Notes under the pieces: model-generated
What the model was told of the DNA's origin: nothing
The model's input: the letters and a program-made list of their open reading frames with translations, nothing else
The model's database searches: none
Shown here: in pieces, positions 55,506-64,000 of the stretch
How the letters are laid out: each line of letters opens with the position of its first letter
Numbering within the stretch: the first letter of the stretch is position 1
Source of the DNA: Octopus vulgaris
Taxonomy: Eukaryota
DNA length: 64,000 nucleotides
Reading direction: 5' to 3'
Assembly: GCA_951406725.2 (NCBI GenBank)
Contig: OX597820.1
Coordinates: forward strand, 112,716,001 to 112,780,000
Made by a program: the position numbers and the translations under genes

Positions 55506-56975
55506 TTACTGGAGTTGGCTGCCTTCTACCTTTTACTTGCTCCAGTCATTAGATTTGTACCCTTTCTTCTTTAAGGCACTTTTAGTATTCATTATTTTGT
55601 CTTTCGTGTTTTATTCTGTGTGCTGTGTATGCAATTTTGCTTACCATTGCTGTCTTTACTTGGCTTATTACTGCTGTCTGTCTCTTATAACCTTTTCCTA
55701 CAAGTTGTAGTGCACCTGAGCCTTAGTAAGCTGGAAGAACCATTAATATGTTGGATGAAATTATTAATAAAACCTCAATCTAGCAGAATTATTACCTCAA
55801 CAGACAAAATTAGCAGCATTTCCTCTGTTTTTAATTTCTGAGTTCAAATTCCACTGAGGTCAGCTTTGCCTTTCATCTTTTTGGGGTCAATAAAATACAT
55901 ACCTATCATGTACTACACCCCTATGTTATCAAATTAGGCTCAATGAAATGTTAGTCTATTGAGATTGTAAAGATAAGTTGTAATCATTCTCCTGTATGAT
56001 GTGTGAAAAATTGACATGGAAATGTGCTTCAGACAAACTCTTTAGTGGTAAGGAGATCAGTTATAAGGTCTTTTAGATGTATTACAACTCTGATATAGGA
56101 GGTTAGATGTATACCCCAAACTGAGGTGTGGGTAGAGTAACTCAATCAGCCAGAATAATTAAACATTGTCTAGTAATTGGTCACATGAGACCACCCATGA
56201 TCTCTGCTTATGTTCTGAAAGTAAGATCAGGTCTCTTGCACAGATTCTTGAGAAAATTGATGCTGTTGCTAGTGATTTTAATGTTAATATCCGAGTCTGA
56301 ATAGAGGCCATGAAAATGATAGAGAAATAAAGAAGGATCAAGGTGACTGAAGATTAGCAATTCAAATGACTTTACAATTTGCCAACTTCAGAAAGTCAGT
56401 AAAATTCTGGGTCTTCTACAACTCAAATATGTACGAGATCCATATTGATTTTCTCCACCTTTCTTAACTAAAAACAAGTTCCTATTTAAGTTAATTTAAA
56501 TGTATTGCAACTGGTGAAAATAGAATCATCAGTTACAAATTCCCATTGAGTCAATCACTGGTTTACTAAACTTCTGATGGTGAGGAGGACAAAGGAATGT
56601 TTGTAACTTTGTGCTGAACAAATGTCACAAATAACTTTGCTTTTTACAGTAGTAGGTTTCCAGGTTTTTTTATGGTTCACACCATTAAAATGACATACAA
56701 TGGCAAAAAAAATCATGTTAAAATCTACATTTTTTTCATACTTGCAGGTTTTCTTACAGCTGGTCACCCTTCTTCCTCATATCTATCTGTCTGTCTATCA
56801 TCATCATCATCATCATCCAGTGTTTTATCCCCATTAACCGGGGTGGCTGGCTGGATCTACCTCAATGCCATAGCAGCCACCCTCACAACATCTCACCATC
56901 TTGCCCAGTTTTGGGCATCCTCCTTTTTCAAATCAACCCTTCCAATGTATGTGGATATATTTATTTATATATATA

Positions 56976-57138
56976 TATCTGTAAATGTAATATGTGACAA
57001 TTATTCGGTAGCCAAGATAAAACTCGGAGTTTTATCTTGGCTACCAAATAATTGTCACATATTACATTTACAGATAAATTCATCTATTTACATAATATTG
57101 AGGTTGCTTTCTTTCTTTTGTTATCTTACCGTTTTTAT

Positions 57139-57140
<2 letters not shown>
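56976..57140. repeat. (TA)n-flanked element beginning with a 101-nt near-perfect palindrome
   Basis: Arms 56976-57025 and 57027-57076 are 50 bp with 1 mismatch, centred on G57026. Confidence 0.9.
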
Positions 57141-57187
<47 letters not shown>

Positions 57188-57250
57188 GAGGTGTGTGTGT
57201 ATAATATATATAGAGGTGTATACATATATATATATATACACATATATATA

Positions 57251-57292
<42 letters not shown>

Positions 57293-57294
<2 letters not shown>

Positions 57295-57710
57295 CTGTTA
57301 TTGTGGTCATAAAGGCTGAACATAGCGATTTAAAAATATCTGGATTTCTAAAAGTTGCCACATCTTTTGTCTACAAAATTTGTAATGAGCTAGAGACTGA
57401 AGATAGAAATGTATCACCAATATCAAAGCATAAAAAGCATTCTAAACACTCTGAAATCATCAGAACACCTGAATTTATCCAGCAAGTTCAACAGATCATT
57501 TATTACAATCTCAGAAAGTCCATGAGGTCATTTGCAAAAGATTTCCATATGCGAGAAGGAACAATCAGAAATGCTGTCCGCAAAAACATCAGATATAAGT
57601 CTTATATGATGAAGAAAGGTCAATTTGTCAGAAAAATCAAAAGAAAAAATCACTACATCAGGTCTAAAAGGCTCTTAAACAAACTGAAAAATTCAGCAGA
57701 AGAAGAGGAT
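57293..57710 (+). mobile_element. Tc1/mariner-superfamily transposase N-terminal fragment
   Basis: Reads ISGFLKVATSFVYKI...IRTPEFIQQVQQII..NLRKSMRSFAKDFHMREGTIRNAV..NIRYKSY, a paired HTH pattern of Tc1/maT-like transposases. It is truncated before the catalytic domain. Confidence 0.75.
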
Positions 57711-58149
57711 GTCACTTGCATACTCTATAGAATCTCTCACAAAAATATCAAGGAAGCCATACTCATATCACAACATAATAGCGAAATAAATGCACAAACT
57801 ACACAAATATAAAAATATTAATATATGGTTACTGGCATAAAAAACCTAATGAACAATGACCACAGACAAAATTATCAGGTGATTACTGACAAAGAAACCT
57901 AACAGTCTATAAAACCTTTGGTAGAAAAGTATTCAAGAATTTGACTTGCCTCAAAAATGGCAAAATATCAGAATTCACCATTCCTGAAAGGGATCAGGGG
58001 TGAGTTGTCTCACCCGTCTGTGACATTCAGGTGTTTTAACACCTTGCACTCTGAGGGAGCCACCCTCACCATGCTAAATTGCACTGTACCAGCGAACAAG
58101 TAAAACATATATACATTGAGTACATGCAGTCAATAATGTTTATATATAT

Positions 58150-58385
58150 CTATTTCTTTACTACCCACAAGGGGCTAAACACAGAGGAGACAAACAAGGA
58201 CAGACAATGGGATTAAGTCGATAACATCAACCCCAGTGTGTAACTGGTACTTATTTAATCGACCCTGAAAGGATGAAAGGCAAAGTTGACCTCGGCGGAA
58301 TTTGAACTCAGAACGTAACAGCAGATGAAATACCGCTAAGCATTTCACTCAGCGTGCTAACGTTTCTGCCAGCTCGACACCCTTA
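58150..58385 (-). mobile_element. Meta-type tRNA-derived SINE with 15-bp TSD
   Basis: AATGTTTATATATAT occurs at 58135-58149 and 58386-58400. CpGs are retained. Confidence 0.93.
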
Positions 58386-58723
58386 AATGTTTATATATAT
58401 ATATATATATATAAACATGTGCTGGTTTTTTTTAAGAAGAAAGGAAGAAAAGAGAAAGAAACTCCCATTACTGATGAGTTGTGAATTTAAAATCGCATAC
58501 GTAAATAAATGGAACGGAACTTGTTTTGTCTTTTGAGATGTTAGTACAAGAGGCAAAGAGAGAATGATTTATACAGAATAGTTTAATAAAGAGAAGGATG
58601 AAATAGGCAGGACAAGTAGAGACAGAAAATCCCTGAAGGGGTCACAATATGCATGGCAAAATAACTTTGATAAATAAACTGATAATAATAATAATGATAA
58701 TAATCATAATAATCATAATAATA

Positions 58724-59866
58724 AAATTACAGACCAATAACCTGTCTCCCTACAATTCACAAAGCCTTTACTGCAATATTATCGCAGAGATCGAGCAAGC
58801 ATCTGGAAGAAAACAACCTGTTTCCAGAAGAGCAGAAGGGATGCTGCAAGGGCTCATATGGCTGTAAAAATCAACTAATGATCAATAAAGCCATAACTGA
58901 AGACAACTGCAGAAAGAAGAAAGGCCTAAGTATAACTTGGATCTACTACCAAAAGGCTTTTAATAGCATCCCCCACAGATGGATCCTAGAAACACTAGCC
59001 ATAAACAAGGTAGCACCAATAATCATAACATATATAACACATTCCATAAATAAATGGCCAAGAGTGCTACAGCTCCAGACAAAAGAGGGACTCATAAAAA
59101 CCAAAGCCATCCCCATTAGAAGAGGAATATTCCAGGGAGAAATGTTACAGCAAAACAATCAGTCACCTCTTACATATGGATGACCTAAAACTGTACGTTA
59201 CAAATGGTAAACAGCTGGAAACACTACTACTGACAGTACATGGATTTACCAAAGCAAGAAATATGAAATTTGGCTTAGAAAAATGTGCCAAAGCAACCTT
59301 GGAAAGAGCAAAACTAGTTAAGAGTAGCAACATCACACTAGATAAAGCAAATGAAATAAGAGAATTAGGCCAAAGCCAGACATACAAATATTTAGGAATC
59401 AATGAACTAGATATGATACAACACACACAAATGAAAGAGAAAATAAAGAATACTACAGATGAGTTAGATCAATACTGAAAATAGAGCTCAATGCTAAAAA
59501 CAAGACAATAGGTATCAACACTCTAGCCGTCTCAGTTATAAGTTACAGCTACAATATCCTTAACTGGACACTAAACAAACTAACCAAAATAGACAGGAAA
59601 TCAAGAAAAATAGTGACAGGACATAGGATGCACCACCCAAAATCTGACATAAAAAGGCTATATATACAATGTATAAAAGGTGGTAAAGACCTTATACAGC
59701 TGGAAAACTATTATAAAATAACCACTATGGGACTGCAAAAATACCTACTTCAGAAGCAAGGAAAACTCATACAAATAGCCACAAAACACGAGCAAAACAA
59801 AAAGCTGTTTTCGGTATTTAAGGAAGCTGACAAATCCAAACAAGAAGTCATACTACCTAACAAATA

Positions 59867-59938
<72 letters not shown>

Positions 59939-60492
59939 TCCCTGATGCAGTACCAGGCAGTGGCTCTCATGGCTTCTGATCTTAACTGATTGGAAGTGTT
60001 ATCATGTACATTGTTTTGTCTTGGTATAAAAGATGGGCTACAGCAAATATTCTGCTCAATACCACAGATTTGCTTGTCAGTTGTTTGACCTTAACCAGTT
60101 GAGCATGTCCCTTAGTGGCTGACGATATGTGCATCTCTGATCACGAGCAGAAGTAGTGGGGGAGCATCATAACCATGTGTTGAGAGAGATTCTTTGGGGT
60201 TTGAATAATTCACCTCTGGAAACATGAGTGGTTCTTTCAACATCCCTAAACAACCCTTATTCAGGGACCTTTTGAGTGGGATGGGCTACTCAACCTGAAG
60301 AAAATTCTAACTGGGCCCCACCTGCAAGGTCATGTGCTGTTTATCTTGATATGAGATCACCATGTCGCGCACATATGGTTGTGATGCATGTGCCTGGTGT
60401 ACCCTTATCAGACGGGTAGTCATGATGGGTATATTGGGCTTCGTATATTTTACCCCAGTGTCACTTTGATGGCATGAACTGCTCTCTCACTC

Positions 60493-60579
<87 letters not shown>

Positions 60580-61470
60580 AAGAAATAACAAAAGCTAATA
60601 AAACAAATGGAATCCAAACTAAAACTAGAAAAGCAACAGACCTTGATAAAACAAGTGCAGGAAAGGCCCCTTCATGGCAAATACTGGGTAAAAGAAATAG
60701 ACAGAGAAAAATCCCAGCAATCGTTGAGAAGCTCAGGACTCGAAGCAGAGACTGAAAGATTTTTAATTGCAGCACAAGACCAAAGCCTCCCCACCAGAAA
60801 TTACCAAAAACATGTAATGAAAAGAAATATAACAAGTAACTGCAGAATATGTGGAGATGGACAAGAAACAATAAATCATATTATCTCTGGCTGCCCAGTC
60901 CTGGTTAAGAATGAATCTATTCATAGACACAACAGAGTTGGGACCTACATACACTAGAAGCTATGCCAACACTATGGGGTAACAACAGAAAAAAGATGGT
61001 ATAGGCACACGCCAGAAAAAGTCACAGAAAATGAGAAAGCAACCATACTAGAGAGAAATTAAGGCCAATATGCCAGACATAGTTATCAGAGATCATGAAG
61101 AAAAAAATGCTTCCTAATTGATGTATCAATACCAGCAGATAACATCGTTTCTTTAAAAAAAATGGAGAAACTTTTAAAATACAAAGACCTGGAAATAGAG
61201 GTAACTCGAATGTGGAATCTAAAAGCTGAAACAATTCCTATCATAGTAGGCGCATTAGGCATGATAAAAAAATATTCAGACAAATACGTAACAAAAATAC
61301 CAGGACTTACAAATATATACAACATACAAAAAATTGCACAACAGGGCACTGCACACATCCTATGCAAAGCACTTTCAATACAGTAACCAAAAGAGCATCA
61401 CAGCAAACCACAGCACATACCCAAGGCACACAGAGCTGCACTTGGTGGTGAAGTGAAAGCATGTTATAAA
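58724..61470 (+). mobile_element. 5'-truncated R4/Dong-clade non-LTR retrotransposon (RT + CCHC + restriction-like endonuclease), inactive
   Basis: RT motifs NYRPITCLPT, PEEQKG, QKAFNSIPH, RGIFQG, HMDDLKLY, FGLEKCA and YKYLG. C-terminal CRICGDGQETINHIISGC, RHNRV, PDIV..LIDVSIP and KYKDL. It starts in an (ATA)n-like run, has frameshifts and deletions, and is split by an insert at 59869-60550. Confidence 0.92.
59937..60492 (+). mobile_element. ~555-bp non-coding element flanked by (AAT)n, nested in the R4/Dong ORF
   Basis: (AAT)n at about 59869-59936 and 60493-60550. A second copy lies at 29903-30323. Confidence 0.9.
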
Positions 61471-61773
61471 ACTAACATCACTGGTGCAAAAGAGATCAAT
61501 AGAATAAGTACTAGGCTCAAAACAAAATAAGTAAATTGGGTTGATTAGTTTAACTAAAATTTTTTCAAAGTTGTGCCCCAGTATGGCCACAGTCTAATGA
61601 ATGAAACACATAAAAGATAAAAGATAAAGAATTAAAACAAAATTTAGTTAAAATATTGTTGTATTTAGGAATGGTCATTTTGCCATTTAGCCAATAAAAA
61701 CACACACACTATATATTTGGTGTTAATTTGCTTCAGCGTTATTTATTTTTTACATTAATCTTAATCTTATTTC

Positions 61774-61817
61774 GACCAGAGTTCTTTCTTCACACTCCTG
61801 TGACCTCATCACTGGTC
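61774..61817 (-). ncRNA. Degenerate type-I hammerhead ribozyme
   Basis: Minus strand: GACCA | GTGATGA | G-GTCAC aggagt GTGAA | GAAA | GAAC | TC | TGGTC. Stem I is a perfect 5 bp. Core C3>G and the stem-II closing pair are mutated. Confidence 0.6.
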
Positions 61818-63464
61818 CTTTGCTTTCTTCTTTCTTATTTGTGTGTCTCTCCTTACTAACGGTCAGCCATTTTGTATTTTGTATTCCTATTGTATGTGTG
61901 TTCATTTGCGCATGCGTATACCTCCATGTGTGTTTACGATTAGTTAGTGTGTGTGAGTTAAAATATTTGACCTCAAATATCCATCAGTTTAGATTGAGGT
62001 TAACTCCAATGAAACAGACCTATGATTAAAGGCTTTTCAGATATGACTATACCTAACTTTTTTTTTTTCAAATACAGTGTACCTAGGATTGCATAACTGT
62101 GTTATTCTATTTCTAAGATGTTAGGGAATAATTCAAGGACAATTTTGGTTGCTATCCTAAAAGAAGCACGTTAAGAAAGCAAAAACCCAAAGAAAAGTTT
62201 GAGAAGACTAAGAAGATTATGAAGAAGAAAAAATAGAGAAAAAAACCTATAAAGAGAAAAAAGTTTTAAAAAAATCTACAACTAAAACAATATTAAAAAC
62301 TAATCTGCATACTGCCTTAGCTGCTAGTCTATCCACCCACTCTGAAAAAATATCCATAAGCAGAAGATATATAGTAATATTTAGTAATTATAGATAACAT
62401 TATTTGTAATAACTACCTATAATCTTCAAGGAAGTTCCATTTTCTGTTCTGCTCTTACTAAGTATTTCTGATTGCTATCTCACTATATTTTGGTTCCAAC
62501 ACTGAAGTCCTAGCAGACTGGTCGTATTTCTTACGATGGTGCAAACACTATTGCTTCATCTTCTCTCATATTATTTATCCTTTGTGTCTGCTACTGATTA
62601 TTGCCGAGGGAGTTTTCTTAATATGATGTTGGCCTAACAGCATTGTAGAAATCAAAGATAGATTGTGATGCACCAAGTACAAACTACAATAAATTAAATA
62701 TAAACCATAAGCCAAAGAAAGGCCACTCATGTGTCAAAGATAGACACCCTTTCTTTTTACCTTGCTTGAAAACCTATTTGACAAATCTGAAGCTTTAACA
62801 ATCTCAACATAATAGAAACTGTTATAAATGGTGGTTTTGTTGGTCAGTTTCTTGGGACACACTTTTACATTTGTGGAGAGAAAGAGTAAATATAAGAGGA
62901 GCAGAAGAGAGAGAGAGAGAGAGAGAGAGAATTAATATAAGAGGTGCCAAATGGAAACACCTAACTAGACATGGTGGTATGCATGAGTAAAAGAATACTA
63001 TACATATGTACAATGTGAGAGAGGAAGAATCATAGTGATAGGCGAGGAGAAATAAAGGGGATTAAATGACTAAATATTTATAGGAGGAGTTATACAAATG
63101 AAAAATTTGTATAAATTATATTTTAAGCTTATAAATACTTTATTTTGAAAATCAAGTATTCATTCCATCATTTTGTATAAATTACAAGAAATATGATAAA
63201 AGTTAAATTATAAGGGTAACACCCTAATATTACTGATAATGATCATGAATATGTTTAATGATGACTGTTTCACTTTTAAGATCATTATCACATACTTAAA
63301 AAAAAATGATAAAAATATGTGCTTGAAATAAATGAATATATCTAAATATGATGTTCCAGGATATAATATGTGACGTAAGTATGAAACTAGAGATTAAATG
63401 TTGCAGACGAGATATTAGAAATGATGTTTTTCATTATAATCATTATGTTTGTAATAGTAACCTT

Positions 63465-63685
63465 TACTTTTTCATGTTTGCATGGGTCAAATGAAGTCTA
63501 TTGAAATAGATTTTTATCTGGTTGAATGCTCTTCCTGTCACCAGCCTTCTGTTTCCAAGTGAAGTAATGTTTTCCCATGATCAGACATGTTTTCAGAGAA
63601 TATTGGGAAGGAATGACACTGCTTGTATGAAAGTGACATTCATTTACAACTACCATGCTATGTCAAGACAACATGACACATACAT

Positions 63686-63690
<5 letters not shown>
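63465..63690 (-). mobile_element. SINE 3' half with RTE tail (degenerate)
   Basis: TTTTCATGTTTGCATGGGTC...ATGCTCTTCCTGTCACCAGCC. Another tail begins at about 63951 and runs off the window. Confidence 0.75.
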
Positions 63691-63742
<52 letters not shown>

Positions 63743-64000
63743 TCATACACACACACAAGTATAAATTAACCTCTCTAAATATTGTTCTTTAGTTCCTGAA
63801 GAACTGCTGATGAAGAAAAATATATTGTATTGAATTAACTGTTTAGGAATTAAATGTTTATTTATTCTCAAATTTATTTTTAAGTTCTTTATTTGAAGTG
63901 GCCAGACATAACTTCTTTGAACTTACCAAACAACACTTGAATATATATATATCATCATCATCATCATCGTTTAACATCTGCTTCCCATGCTAGCATGGGT

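Noticed and set aside
56040-56620. Possible very old LINE fragments (also at about 14170-14400, 40430-40780 and 62300-62650)
   Set aside because: Only faint motif resemblance, too decayed to assign confidently by eye.
56672-57812. The two longest ORFs (215 and 205 aa)
   Set aside because: They are chance read-through of a palindrome, (TA)n and transposon fragments. Only the transposase-like and possible GIY-YIG-like parts are meaningful.

Overview
AT-rich, repeat-saturated animal genomic DNA, most likely from a coleoid cephalopod such as Octopus. The assignment rests on SINE families with tRNA-Arg-like heads (OR/OK-type), RTE-tailed SINEs ending in (TGA)n, and very abundant (TA)n/(CA)n/(TATG)n microsatellites. 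No host protein-coding gene could be confidently recognised, and almost all ORF-track entries are microsatellite or SINE artefacts. Recognisable coding remnants are all decayed transposons: a mariner DD34D transposase (11.4-12.2 kb) plus two N-terminal Tc1/mariner fragments, RTE-clade LINE fragments, a Penelope-like RT fragment (27.8-28.0 kb) and a 5'-truncated R4/Dong-clade LINE (58.7-61.5 kb) carrying a nested (AAT)n-flanked non-coding element. Non-autonomous DNA elements include a Helitron-like element and piggyBac-type, hAT-type and foldback MITEs. The most notable signal is at the RNA level. There is one fully canonical type-I hammerhead ribozyme (34469-34564, minus strand) and several degenerate minimal hammerheads in short, mostly (TA)n-embedded Penelope-like remnants. 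There are also three near-perfect 75-100 nt palindromes, two centred on hammerhead-stem-III-like sequence. All calls were made by eye, and repeat boundaries are approximate unless a TSD or TIR is quoted.
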